Positions 9,263 to 19,157 of a DNA stretch of 64,000 bases are shown here, piece by piece. The stretch comes from Vulcanimicrobiota bacterium. Lineage in GTDB: Bacteria; Vulcanimicrobiota; Vulcanimicrobiia; Vulcanimicrobiales; Vulcanimicrobiaceae. The notes under the pieces are model-generated. The model saw nothing but the letters and a program-made list of their open reading frames with translations. It made no database searches and was not told the origin of the DNA. A program made the translations under genes and the position numbers. The stretch lies in contig CAWETW010000003.1 in assembly GCA_963812155.1 (NCBI GenBank), forward strand, positions 576,001 through 640,000. The letters are read 5' to 3'. Position 1 is the stretch's first letter. Every line of letters begins with the position of its first letter.

Positions 9263-10120
9263 ATGCGCGATCCAAACGTTCCCGAATCGGTCGAAGGCTG
9301 GTGGATCCTCCACCGCATGTTTGCGCTCGACCGGCGCGCGTGGGACGCGCTGCCGGAGAAGCGGCGTAACAAGTTTGCAAACCACGCCGTCGATCTCGTG
9401 GATCACCTCAAGAACGGCGACGACGGCGACCTCGGCCTCACGCAAATCGTCGGGCACAAGGGCGACCTCATGCTCACGCACTACGCCCGCACGTTCGACG
9501 GCTTGGCCTACGCGCAGACGCTGGTCGATAAACTCGAACTGCGCGGGTTCTTGCAGCCGCTCGGATCGTACGTCTCGGTGCTCGAAATCGGCATGTACGA
9601 CGCGACCGGAAAGATTCACGCCGAGTTGAACGAGCGCGCGCTGCCGCCGCAGTCGCCGGAGTGGATCGCGGCGTTCGACGAACTCGTTCGCAAGCAGGCG
9701 GAGAACCCGTACGTTTCGACCCGGTTAGTCGCGAAAATACCGCAACGCCGTTACGCGTGCTTTTATCCAATGAGCAAACGCCGCGGCGAAGTCCAGAACT
9801 GGTACATGCTGCCGTTCGACGCGCGCGCGAAGATGATGAGCGAACACGGCGTCGTCGGGCGCTCGTACCACGGACGCGTCACGCAGGTCATTTCGGGTTC
9901 CGTCGGCTTCGACGACTTCGAATGGGGCGTCGATCTCTACGCCGACGATCCGCTCGTCTTCAAGAAACTCGTCTACGAGATGCGCTTCGACGAAGCCAGC
10001 GCGCGCTACGGCGAGTTCGGCGCGTTTTGGTCGGGCATCCAGTTCTCGCCGGCCGAACTGCCGGTCTTCCTCGACGGCGACGCCATCCCGCAGCTTACCT
10101 CAAACCCTGTATCATCCTGA
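9263..10120 (+). CDS. hemQ: Coproheme decarboxylase (chlorite dismutase family)
   Basis: EGWWILH, GHKGD, CFYPMSKRR..NWYML, EHG, GFDDFEWGV, YEMRFDEASARYGEFG. Confidence 0.88.
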   Translation: MRDPNVPESVEGWWILHRMFALDRRAWDALPEKRRNKFANHAVDLVDHLKNGDDGDLGLTQIVGHKGDLMLTHYARTFDGLAYAQTLVDKLELRGFLQPLGSYVSVLEIGMYDATGKIHAELNERALPPQSPEWIAAFDELVRKQAENPYVSTRLVAKIPQRRYACFYPMSKRRGEVQNWYMLPFDARAKMMSEHGVVGRSYHGRVTQVISGSVGFDDFEWGVDLYADDPLVFKKLVYEMRFDEASARYGEFGAFWSGIQFSPAELPVFLDGDAIPQLTSNPVSS

Positions 10121-10186
10121 GCCCTTCGACTTCGCGTGCTTCGCACGCTGCGCTCAGGACAAGGCTCCGGCGCGCAGTCGAAGGAC
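10112..10186. repeat. REP-like nested palindromic element, copy 1
   Basis: TCCTGAGC/GCTCAGGA, CCTTCGACT/AGTCGAAGG and GCGTGC-TTC-GCACGC; lies between convergent genes. Confidence 0.65.
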
Positions 10187-10192
10187 GGCGCG

Positions 10193-10606
10193 TTACAACC
10201 GTTTGTAGTAAAAGATCTCCGGGTCGCCGGGGTCGAGATTATCGAGACGGCCGACCGGCTCGAATCCGCGCTCGGCGAGCAGACGCTGCATCGCCGCGTT
10301 CGATTCGTTGGTCGACGTGTAGATGGTGAGGCCTTGGTTGAGACGCTCGACGTTTTCGATGAGGTGCGATGCGACGCCGAGATGCTGGTGTGCCGGATCG
10401 ACGCCGAGCATCCACAGAAAAGGACGCGCGTAAAACCCGCGATCCCACACGGCGTATCCCGCGATCGCACCGTCCACGTCGGCAATCAGACATTCCTTGG
10501 TGCCGAGGGCGTGCCGTATGAAGGTCAGATGATGCTCGTAGTGCAGCGCGTGCGGCATCGTTTCGAGCAACGCGAGTTCAGAACGCTCCGCTTGCCTGAC
10601 GATCAC
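10193..10606 (-). CDS. GNAT family acetyltransferase
   Basis: LGVDPAHQHLGVASHLI, STNESNAAMQRLL..GF; GTG start at 10606 inferred. Confidence 0.85.
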   Translation of the reverse strand: MIVRQAERSELALLETMPHALHYEHHLTFIRHALGTKECLIADVDGAIAGYAVWDRGFYARPFLWMLGVDPAHQHLGVASHLIENVERLNQGLTIYTSTNESNAAMQRLLAERGFEPVGRLDNLDPGDPEIFYYKRL

Positions 10607-10705
10607 TGGAAGACAGTGCGTTCGAGAGGCGTATTTTTCATGAGGCGGTTCTTTCTCAAAGGCCTTACATCGGCGCCCTCCTTGCAAAGGGAGTCAATGC
10701 AAGGT

Positions 10706-12241
10706 TTACGCTACGGCGCCCAGACGCTCGAGGCTGCGATACTGGATTGCTTCGGCAACGTGCTCGGCTTGGATCGACGGCGTATCGGCGAGGTCCGCGA
10801 TGGTTCGAGCGACGCGCGCGATGCGGTCGAGCGCGCGCGCCGAGAACTGCCGTTTTGCGCTCGCAAGCGCGAGCAGTCGCATCGGCGCTTCGTCGAGCGT
10901 GCAGTACCGTCGCATCGCGTTTCCCGGGATCTCCGCGTTGCAGGAGAGGTTCGTTCGCGAGAAACGACCCTGCTGACGTTCGCGTGCGGCGAGCACGCGT
11001 TCGCGGATCTGGAGCGAGCGCTCGCCGCACTCGTAGCGCACCATGTCGTCGAACGGCACGCGAGCGAGTTCTATCTGCAGATCGATGCGATCGAGCAACG
11101 GTCCGGAGAGCTTCCCCACGTACTTCGCTACGGCAGCGTCGTCGCAGCGACATTCGGCGCCGCGCGTACCGCGATATCCGCACGGGCACGGATTCATCGA
11201 CGCGACCAGCTGAAATCGCGCCGGATACGTGAACGTTCCGGCCGCGCGGGCGATCGTCACGCGATGCTCTTCGAGCGGCTGGCGCAATACTTCTATGGCG
11301 CTGCGCGAGAACTCGGGAAGTTCGTCGAGGAAGAGCACGCCGTGGTGCGCGAGCGATATTTCGCCCGGTTTCGCGAGCGTGCCGCCGCCGACGAGCGCGA
11401 CCTGGGAAATCGTATGGTGCGGAAAACGAAAGGGACGCGCGCGGACGATGCCCGCTTTTGGTCCGAGTAATCCCGCCACGCTATAGATTTTCGTTACGTC
11501 GAGCGCTTCATTCGGCGTCATTGCCGGTAGAATCGACGGCAGACGGCGGGCCAGCATCGTCTTTCCGCAGCCGGGCGGCCCGACCAGCAGCAGATTGTGG
11601 CCGCCGGCCGCCGCGATTTCCAATGCGCGCTTCGCCGCGGCTTGTCCGCGCACGTCGACGAGATCGCCGTGTGGATCGGCAGCTGCGGCATCGACCGCCG
11701 GCACCTCGGTCCGCCGCCGCCATTTCGTGCCGTTGCCCCCGAGCACCGCAACGGCAGCACGCAGCGATTCCACCGGGTATAACTCGACGCCGTCAACTAG
11801 TGCCGCTTCCTCTGCGTTGCGTTCGGGAATGATGAGTTTTCGATATCCGGCAGCACGGGCGCCGAGAACCATCGGCAGCATGCCGCTCACCGGTTGGAGC
11901 GCGCCGTCGAGCGCGAGTTCGCCGAGCGCGATGAAGTCGCGGAGCGCGGCGCGGTCGATCTGCTCGTCCATTGCGAGCAGCGCCAGCGCGATCGCGAGAT
12001 CGAACGCCGGCCCGGCTTTGCGCACGTGCGCCGGGGCGAGGTTGACGAGCAACTTTCCCGGCGGATAGCCGAAGCCGGAGTTGAAGACTGCCGAGCGCAC
12101 GCGGTCGGCCGCTTCTTTCAAGGCGCGATCGGGAAGACCGATGATTGAGAAGTGGGGCGTACCCGGCGAACTGTCCGCCTCGACCCGCACGACGTAACCC
12201 TCGATGCCGAGCATGGCGGCCGAGAACGCCTGCGAGAGCAT
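10706..12241 (-). CDS. comM: ComM/YifB Mg-chelatase-like AAA+ ATPase
   Basis: GELALDG, GPPGCGKT, PFRFPHH, GVLFLDELPEF, MNPCPCG, SGPLLDRID. Confidence 0.95.
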   Translation of the reverse strand: MLSQAFSAAMLGIEGYVVRVEADSSPGTPHFSIIGLPDRALKEAADRVRSAVFNSGFGYPPGKLLVNLAPAHVRKAGPAFDLAIALALLAMDEQIDRAALRDFIALGELALDGALQPVSGMLPMVLGARAAGYRKLIIPERNAEEAALVDGVELYPVESLRAAVAVLGGNGTKWRRRTEVPAVDAAAADPHGDLVDVRGQAAAKRALEIAAAGGHNLLLVGPPGCGKTMLARRLPSILPAMTPNEALDVTKIYSVAGLLGPKAGIVRARPFRFPHHTISQVALVGGGTLAKPGEISLAHHGVLFLDELPEFSRSAIEVLRQPLEEHRVTIARAAGTFTYPARFQLVASMNPCPCGYRGTRGAECRCDDAAVAKYVGKLSGPLLDRIDLQIELARVPFDDMVRYECGERSLQIRERVLAARERQQGRFSRTNLSCNAEIPGNAMRRYCTLDEAPMRLLALASAKRQFSARALDRIARVARTIADLADTPSIQAEHVAEAIQYRSLERLGAVA

Positions 12242-12295
12242 ATCGCGATGCTACTGCGCGGGCGGCTCGCGTCGGCTAGAGCGAGAACTTTTGCT

Positions 12296-12907
12296 CTACT
12301 GCAGCATCGTCTTCAGCGTCGCGCCGTTGAAGACGTCGAGATCCACGGCGCCGGTTATTCCATTGACCGTGCCGGCGTTGTCGTGCTGCCAGATAGTCCA
12401 ACCGCGCCATCCCTGCGGTAATGCGGGAGAAGGATCCCGATTGTACTCTGCGACCCACAGTGGATGGCCCGCAAACGCGTCGCTGCCTTGTATGTTGGAA
12501 CTCCAAAAATCCAAGTTCGTGTAGACGACCATGCGCCGTCCCTTCAGCGCCTTTTCGACGGTCGACGTGAATTGCGAAAGCCGGGTTACGAGTTCGGAAG
12601 CGTCGGAGATGCCGTCGGCCGTTTCGACGTCGACCGCCGGAAGCAAGTCGCCTTTCTGCGGTTTGGCCGACGCGAGAAAGTAGTGTGCTTGCGCGACCGG
12701 GTCGTCGCTAAAGTGAAAAAAGTGATAGGCGCCGCGGTGAATGCCGACCGATTTCGCAACCGGCCAATTGCGCGCAAACTGCGCGTCTTGGATGCTCGCA
12801 CCCTCGGTCGCCTTGATGAATGCGAAAGCGATCCCGGCGGCACGAACGGCATGCCAATCGATGTCGCCCTGCGCGTAAGAAACATCAATTCCCTTGAGAC
12901 CAGTCAT
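12296..12907 (-). CDS. GH25 family lysozyme/muramidase (no signal peptide)
   Basis: GIDVSYAQG, FIKATEG, GAYHFF, PAVDVE, LWVAEY, WTIWQ, VDLDVF. Confidence 0.92.
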   Translation of the reverse strand: MTGLKGIDVSYAQGDIDWHAVRAAGIAFAFIKATEGASIQDAQFARNWPVAKSVGIHRGAYHFFHFSDDPVAQAHYFLASAKPQKGDLLPAVDVETADGISDASELVTRLSQFTSTVEKALKGRRMVVYTNLDFWSSNIQGSDAFAGHPLWVAEYNRDPSPALPQGWRGWTIWQHDNAGTVNGITGAVDLDVFNGATLKTMLQ

Positions 12908-13056
12908 GGGTATTATTGCCCTCCGCCAACGCTTCTCAACAGCGATCGAACGAAAGTTCATGGTAACATCACGGAAGCGGCGATGCAACAAAAAAGACGG
13001 CGTCACACGCTGTACGGGTTGAGGTCTCGTAGCGTGGTCCGTCGTAGGAACGATCC

Positions 13057-14826
13057 ATGAGGCAAGCCGTCGGGGCCTTCGTCCTCGGTGCGGTCGTCTG
13101 CGCCTGTCTCTTGGCGACGGCGCAAACGCCGCCGCGTTATATTGTCGACAAAGACGTCACGATTCACCTCGACGACGGCGCCACGCTGTGCGCGATGGTC
13201 GTCCGGCCGCCGGGCGCGGCGCGGCGACCGGCCGCACTCGAGTTCACGATTTACGTGAGCCCCGAGCAAGACCTCACGCGACTCGAATACGCGGCCGGCC
13301 GTGGATACGCGGGCATTATGGTCTACGCTCGCGGAAAGAGCTGCAGCCCGGATACGATCGCGCCGTACGAGCACGACGGTCACGATGCCAACGGCGCAAT
13401 CGACTGGATCTCGAAGCAACCCTGGAGCGACGGCCAGGTCGGCATGATGGGGGGCAGTTACGACGGCTTCACGCAGTGGGCCGCGGCGAAATTCGCAAAC
13501 CCGCATCTAAAAACGATCGTGCCGATTGTTCCGAACAATCCGGGCAACGGCTTGCCCATGCAAAACAACGTGTTCTTACTCGCTAACTACGCCTGGATAT
13601 ACTACGTCACCGACAACAAAACGCTCGACGACGCGACGTATAACGATCCGAAGTGGAGAACGTTGCCGATGCGATGGTACCAAAGCGGGCGATCGTATCG
13701 GGACGTTGACGTCGTTGCAGGCATGCCCAATCCGTGGCTGCGCAAATGGCTGCAGCATCCGAGCTATGACGGTTATTGGCAGAGCATGAGCCCCTATCGC
13801 GGCGACTACGCGCGAATCAGGATTCCCGTGCTTACCATCGACGGATACTACGGCGATAGCACGGCGATCGGATACTTCAACGATTTCCAAAAGTACAACC
13901 GAGCGGCGCAGACCTACCTGGTTGCCGGGCCGTGGGATCACTTCGGATCGCAGCGCCGCCGCAAACCCGACGTCGTCCGAGGCTACCGGATCGATCCGGT
14001 AGCGCATATCGATGCCTGGAAGCTTACCTTCGATTGGTTCGATTTCGTCATGCGCGGCAAGCCGCGTCCGCCGCTCGTTCGGAATCGCGTGAACTACGAG
14101 GTGATGGGAGCAAATGCGTGGCGCCATGCCCCGTCGCTCGACGCGATGGGTACGCCGGAACGCTTCTATCCGACGACCGGACACGTAAGCCGCCGCTTCT
14201 ACCTCTTATCGCCAATGCCGCCGGCTGGCCTCGGCGCCCTGCATCAGGTGGTGAACCTCGCAGACCGGAAGACGATGAACAACGATTCCTATCCGTCTCC
14301 CATCCTCGATAGGGAGCCTGACCTCTCGAACGGCTGCAATTTTCTCACGCCGCCATTTCCCCGCCCGGAGGAGGTCAGCGGTCTCGACGGGGTCGTTCGT
14401 CTACGCGTGAACGCGCGCGATCTCGACGTCGGACTCGCCCTATACGAGATGTTGCCGGACGGACGGCTCTTTCAACTCACCTACGATACGGAGCGCGCGA
14501 GCTACGGCAGCGACATGAGCGCACGCCGGCTCTTGACGCCCGGAAAAGAGGCCACGGTTCCGTTCGATCAAGACGATCTTTTCAGCCGGTTGATCGGCAA
14601 AGGCAGCCGCCTGCTGCTGACGCTCAACGTGAATAAGAACCCGTTTGCCGAAATCAATTACGGTACCGGAGGCGACGTCGCAACCGAGAGCCTCGACGAC
14701 GCGCGCGCTCCGATGCAAGTGGATTGGCTCACGAGCAGTTACATCCGCCTGCGATTACGCGATCCGCGTTCGCAAACCGCGGCGGTGCCTGGCCGGGCAG
14801 AAGGAGAGGGCCGCGGCGGCCGGTAA
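13057..14826 (+). CDS. Secreted CocE/NonD family hydrolase
   Basis: Signal peptide; IDWISKQPWSDGQVGMMGGSYDG; GPWDH. Confidence 0.92.
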   Translation: MRQAVGAFVLGAVVCACLLATAQTPPRYIVDKDVTIHLDDGATLCAMVVRPPGAARRPAALEFTIYVSPEQDLTRLEYAAGRGYAGIMVYARGKSCSPDTIAPYEHDGHDANGAIDWISKQPWSDGQVGMMGGSYDGFTQWAAAKFANPHLKTIVPIVPNNPGNGLPMQNNVFLLANYAWIYYVTDNKTLDDATYNDPKWRTLPMRWYQSGRSYRDVDVVAGMPNPWLRKWLQHPSYDGYWQSMSPYRGDYARIRIPVLTIDGYYGDSTAIGYFNDFQKYNRAAQTYLVAGPWDHFGSQRRRKPDVVRGYRIDPVAHIDAWKLTFDWFDFVMRGKPRPPLVRNRVNYEVMGANAWRHAPSLDAMGTPERFYPTTGHVSRRFYLLSPMPPAGLGALHQVVNLADRKTMNNDSYPSPILDREPDLSNGCNFLTPPFPRPEEVSGLDGVVRLRVNARDLDVGLALYEMLPDGRLFQLTYDTERASYGSDMSARRLLTPGKEATVPFDQDDLFSRLIGKGSRLLLTLNVNKNPFAEINYGTGGDVATESLDDARAPMQVDWLTSSYIRLRLRDPRSQTAAVPGRAEGEGRGGR

Positions 14827-14837
14827 CGCGCCGCGTC

Positions 14838-16619
14838 ATGCATTTGACGCCGTTCGATTGGGCGATCATCGCACTCTCGCTCGGCGTGACGTTCGTTCCG
14901 GCAATCGTGCTGGCGCGCCGAGCGGGGCGCAACATCACCGAGTTTTTTGCGGCCGGCCGGCAGGCGCCGTGGTGGCTGATCGGGATCTCGCTGGTCGCCA
15001 CGACGTTTTCGACCGACACGCCGAACCTCGTGACCAATCTCGTGCGCGACGGCGGCGTCGCCGAAAACTGGGTCTGGTGGTCCTTTCTGCTCACCGGAAT
15101 GGCGACGGTATTCTTCTACGCGCGGTTGTGGCGGCGCAGCGGGGTGCTCACCGACCTCGAATTCTACGAACTGCGTTACTCCGGACGGGCGGCATCTTTC
15201 GTCCGCGGCTTTCGCGCCATCTATCTCGGACTGTTTTTCAACTGCGTCATCATCGCGAGCGTCAACCTGGCGGCGGTGAAGATCGCCGGCGTGCTCTTCG
15301 GCTGGCCGCGGCTGGAGACGCTGCTCGTGCTGGCGGTCGTGCCGATCGTCTTTGCGGCCACCGCGGGACTGTGGGGCGTCATGGTCACCGACATGATTCA
15401 GTTCTGCATCACGATTACGTCGTCGTTCGCGGCCGCGTATTTCGCACTGCGCGCGCCCGGTGTCGGCGGACTGCACGGTCTGATCGCGCACTTCAATCAT
15501 GCCGGTCTCACGCCGCTGTCGCTGCTGCCGAATTTCCACGATTGGCCGACGGCGCTGGCGATCTTCATTATTCCGCTCACCGTGCAGTGGTGGTCGGTGT
15601 GGTATCCGGGCGCCGAACCGGGAGGCGGCAGTTACGTCGCGCAGCGCATGCTGGCTGCGCGCACCGAGTCGGATGCGCTCTTCGGAACGCTTGCGTTTCA
15701 AGTGATGCACTACGCGCTGCGCCCGTGGCCGTGGATCGTCGTCGCGCTCGCGTCGATGGTCGTCTATCCATCGCTGCACGACATCGCCACGGCGTTTCCA
15801 TCGGTGCAGAAAGACCTGATCGGCAACGACGTCGCGTATCCGGCGATGCTCGTCTTTTTGCCGGCGGGATTCGCCGGCTTCATGGTCGCCGGACTTTTCG
15901 CCGCCTACCGCTCGACGATCGAAACGCATCTCAATTGGGGTACGTCGTACCTCGTTCACGACTTCTACCAACGCTTCTTGCGACCGCAAGCGAGCCAACG
16001 CGATCTGGTCTTGGCGGGACGCATCGTCACGGTGTTGCTGATGGCCGCGGGCGTCGGGTTCACGCTATTTCTCGTCACCGCCAAGGACGCGTTCGACCTG
16101 CTGCTCTCGATCGGTGCCGGCACGGGCTTGATCTATTTGCTGCGATGGTTTTGGTGGCGCATCAACGCCTGGAGCGAGGTGAGCGCGATGCTTGCATCGT
16201 TCGCGATATCGCTCGGATTTTTCATCGCGGGGAAGATGGGCCACGCCGCCGCGAGTACGACGATTTTGCTGTGGACCGTCGGGGTGACGACGGTGGTGTG
16301 GGTGGTGGTGACGTATGCGACGCCGCCGGTCGCCGCGACCGCGTTGGCCGCCTTTTACGCCAAGGTGCGTCCGGCCGGCCCGGGGTGGTCGCGCGTCCGC
16401 GACGAGGCCGGATTGCCGCCCTCGCCCGATTCGCCGGCCCAGTCGCTCCTCGGTTGGGTATTGGGATTGACCGCCATCTACGGCGCGCTATTTTCAACCG
16501 GAGAATTCGTCTACGGGCGTCCCGTCGCGGGAACGGTCTGGGCGGCGGTTTCTGCGGTGGGCATTGCGGGGTTGGTCGCAGTCGTCAGGCGTCTCTTCTC
16601 CACAGATTGCACAAGATAA
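14838..16619 (+). CDS. Sodium:solute symporter
   Basis: FFAAGRQAPWW, ATTFSTDTP, YVAQRMLAA; many transmembrane segments. Confidence 0.92.
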   Translation: MHLTPFDWAIIALSLGVTFVPAIVLARRAGRNITEFFAAGRQAPWWLIGISLVATTFSTDTPNLVTNLVRDGGVAENWVWWSFLLTGMATVFFYARLWRRSGVLTDLEFYELRYSGRAASFVRGFRAIYLGLFFNCVIIASVNLAAVKIAGVLFGWPRLETLLVLAVVPIVFAATAGLWGVMVTDMIQFCITITSSFAAAYFALRAPGVGGLHGLIAHFNHAGLTPLSLLPNFHDWPTALAIFIIPLTVQWWSVWYPGAEPGGGSYVAQRMLAARTESDALFGTLAFQVMHYALRPWPWIVVALASMVVYPSLHDIATAFPSVQKDLIGNDVAYPAMLVFLPAGFAGFMVAGLFAAYRSTIETHLNWGTSYLVHDFYQRFLRPQASQRDLVLAGRIVTVLLMAAGVGFTLFLVTAKDAFDLLLSIGAGTGLIYLLRWFWWRINAWSEVSAMLASFAISLGFFIAGKMGHAAASTTILLWTVGVTTVVWVVVTYATPPVAATALAAFYAKVRPAGPGWSRVRDEAGLPPSPDSPAQSLLGWVLGLTAIYGALFSTGEFVYGRPVAGTVWAAVSAVGIAGLVAVVRRLFSTDCTR

Positions 16620-16705
16620 CGTCGCACGCTGTGGACAACGAAGGCCCGCGTTCGGCCGTTGCCCAACCACCGTTTCGTGCTGAAAATCGCTATGGGGAGC
16701 AGCTT

Positions 16706-17642
16706 TTGACCCACTTTCGTATCGCCGCGGCGCTGGCACTCTGCGCCGTCGCCGCTTGCTCGCATGCTACGAGCGGCAGCCAGGTCGCTTCAGGTGCCAA
16801 GACGATCGGCGTGTCGATTCAAAATCGCGAGGCGCAGTTCTACCAAGACATGGAAGCCGGCATGCGCGCCGAGGCGTCCAAATACGGCTACAATCTCATC
16901 GTCGTCGACGCCAATCGCGATAACGCCAAGCAGCAGAGCCAAGTCGAAGACTTCATCTCGAAAAAGGTCGACGCCATCGTTTTGACGCCATACGATTCGC
17001 AAGCAATCGGCAGTGCGATCGTCGAGGCGAACGACGCGTCGATTCCGGTCTTCACCGCCGACATTGCCAGCACGAGCAGCCAAGGTAAGGTCGTCGCGCA
17101 TATCGCGAGCGACAACGTGCAGGGTGGTTTTCAAGCCGGAAAGCTGATCTGTCAGGCGGTCGGAAAGACCGGCACGGTCGCGATCGTGGACGAGCCGGAA
17201 GTAACCAGCGTGCAAGATCGCGTGAAAGGCTTCAAACAGGCACTCGCGCAGCTCTGTCCGGGCGTCACGATCGTCGCCGATGTGGATTCAGGCGGCACGC
17301 GGACGAAGGCCAGCAGCGACACCGGGCGACATCTTGCAGGCGCACAAGAATCTCGGCGGCATCTTCGGTATCAACGACGACTCTGCGCTGGGAGCGGTGA
17401 CGGCCGTGAAAGCTGCGGGCATGAACGGAAAAGTTGCAATCGTCGGATACGATGCGACGCCGGAAGCGCGCGCCGCCATCGCTTCGGGCGCGATGTACGG
17501 CGACGCGATTCAATCCCCCAAGAAGATCGGCGGCACGACGATCGACGTGATTCACGACTACTTTGCCGGCACGACGCCCGCGCCGGTCGTGAAGATTGCC
17601 GTCGGATCGTACACGAAAGCCGACGCCGCGAAGAATCCGTAA
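16706..17642 (+). CDS. Sugar ABC transporter substrate-binding lipoprotein (RbsB-like), frameshifted near 17325
   Basis: Lipobox AVAAC, IASDNVQGG, INDDSALG; the two frames join at GGG 17324-17326. Confidence 0.88.
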
Positions 17643-17651
17643 AGCGTCGCA

Positions 17652-19157
17652 TTGACCTCCGGCGCACCGCTGCTCGAAATGCGCGGCATCGGAAAATCCT
17701 TTCCCGGCGTACGCGCGCTCAGCGACGTCTCCCTGACGCTGTATGCCGGCGAGGTGCACGTGCTGGTGGGCGAAAACGGCGCCGGGAAGTCGACCCTTAT
17801 GAAGATTTTGGCCGGCGCGCAGCCGGCCGACGAGGGCGACATTCTCGTGGACGGCAAGCCGGCGCGAATCGACTCGCCGCACGCTGCCGAACTCCTCGGG
17901 ATCGGCATGATCTATCAGGAGTTCACGCTCGTTCCGCAGCTGACCGCACCTGAAAATATCGCGCTCGGCGACGAGCCGATGCGCGGACCGCTGCTCGACG
18001 AGCGTGCGGTGCGCGCTCGAGCCGAACGCGAGCTCGACGAACTCGGCCTCGACTTGCCGCTCGACGTCCCGGTTTCGCAGCTCTCGGTCGGTCAGCAGCA
18101 GGTCGTCGAAATCGCGAAAGCGCTCGCGCGGCACGCGCGCATCATCGTGATGGACGAACCGACCGCGGCATTGAGCGGCCGCGAGATCGAACGGCTTTTC
18201 GCCATCATCGCGCGGCTCAAAGCGGCTGGTGCCGGCATCATCTACATCTCGCATCGCATGGACGAACTCCCGCGAATCGCCGACCGCGTGACGGTGCTGC
18301 GCGACGGCCGCGCCATCGAAACGCGTCCGGCCGCCGAGTTCCCCGCCGACGAAATCGTGCGCGCGATGGTCGGGCGCCGATTGGAATCGCATTTTCCCGA
18401 TCTTCCGGCGGTGGCGCCGAACGCGCCGGTCGTTCTGGACGTGCGAGACTTGGTGCGAGAGCCCGCGGTGCACGACGTTTCGTTCATTGCGCGCGCCGGA
18501 GAGATCGTCGGACTGGCGGGCCTCGTCGGCGCCGGGCGCACGGAGATTCTTCGCGCCATCGCGGGAGCCGACGTTCCCGGCAGCGGCGAAATCCTTATCG
18601 ACGGATCGCGGATACGCGTGCGAGCACCCGAAGATGGGATCGGCGCCGGCATCGCATTCATCACCGAGGATCGTAAGGCGCAGGGGCTCGTGCTCGGAAT
18701 GACCGTTCGCGAAAACATCACGCTGGCGCATTTGGCGGAGTTCGTCGCGCGCGATCGTTTGATCGAGCGCAAGCGCGAGCGTGCCGCGGCCGAGAAGATG
18801 ATCGACGAGCTGCATATCCGCACGCCCGGCAGCGAGCAAATCGTTCGAAATCTTTCGGGCGGCAATCAGCAGAAGGTCGTCTTGGCAAAGTGGCTGCTCG
18901 GCAAGGCGCGCGTGTTTCTGTTCGACGAACCGACGCGCGGCATCGACGTCGGTGCGAAGGCGGAGATCTACGGTTTGATGCTCGACCTGGCGGCGCGCGG
19001 AGCGGCGATCGTGATGGTCTCCAGCGATTTGCCCGAGGTTTTGGGATTGTCGCACCGCATTCTGGTGATTCGCGGCGGAACGATCGTCACCGAATTTTCA
19101 CGCGCCGACGCGTCGCCGGACCGCGTGATCGCGGCCGCGACGGGAGCGGCGGCGTGA
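17652..19157 (+). CDS. Sugar ABC transporter ATP-binding protein (RbsA-like)
   Basis: GENGAGKST, MDEPT, LSGGNQQK, DEPTRGIDVGAK. Confidence 0.95.
   Translation: MTSGAPLLEMRGIGKSFPGVRALSDVSLTLYAGEVHVLVGENGAGKSTLMKILAGAQPADEGDILVDGKPARIDSPHAAELLGIGMIYQEFTLVPQLTAPENIALGDEPMRGPLLDERAVRARAERELDELGLDLPLDVPVSQLSVGQQQVVEIAKALARHARIIVMDEPTAALSGREIERLFAIIARLKAAGAGIIYISHRMDELPRIADRVTVLRDGRAIETRPAAEFPADEIVRAMVGRRLESHFPDLPAVAPNAPVVLDVRDLVREPAVHDVSFIARAGEIVGLAGLVGAGRTEILRAIAGADVPGSGEILIDGSRIRVRAPEDGIGAGIAFITEDRKAQGLVLGMTVRENITLAHLAEFVARDRLIERKRERAAAEKMIDELHIRTPGSEQIVRNLSGGNQQKVVLAKWLLGKARVFLFDEPTRGIDVGAKAEIYGLMLDLAARGAAIVMVSSDLPEVLGLSHRILVIRGGTIVTEFSRADASPDRVIAAATGAAA

Noticed and set aside
12983..13060. 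Arg-rich 25-aa uORF overlapping the CocE start
   Set aside because: Weak RBS, and it is the tail of a shadow ORF; no independent support.
14645..17953. 1102-aa ORF and other long ORFs (e.g. 31300-34131, 61169-63346)
   Set aside because: Shadow frames typical of high GC; only sub-segments match real genes.
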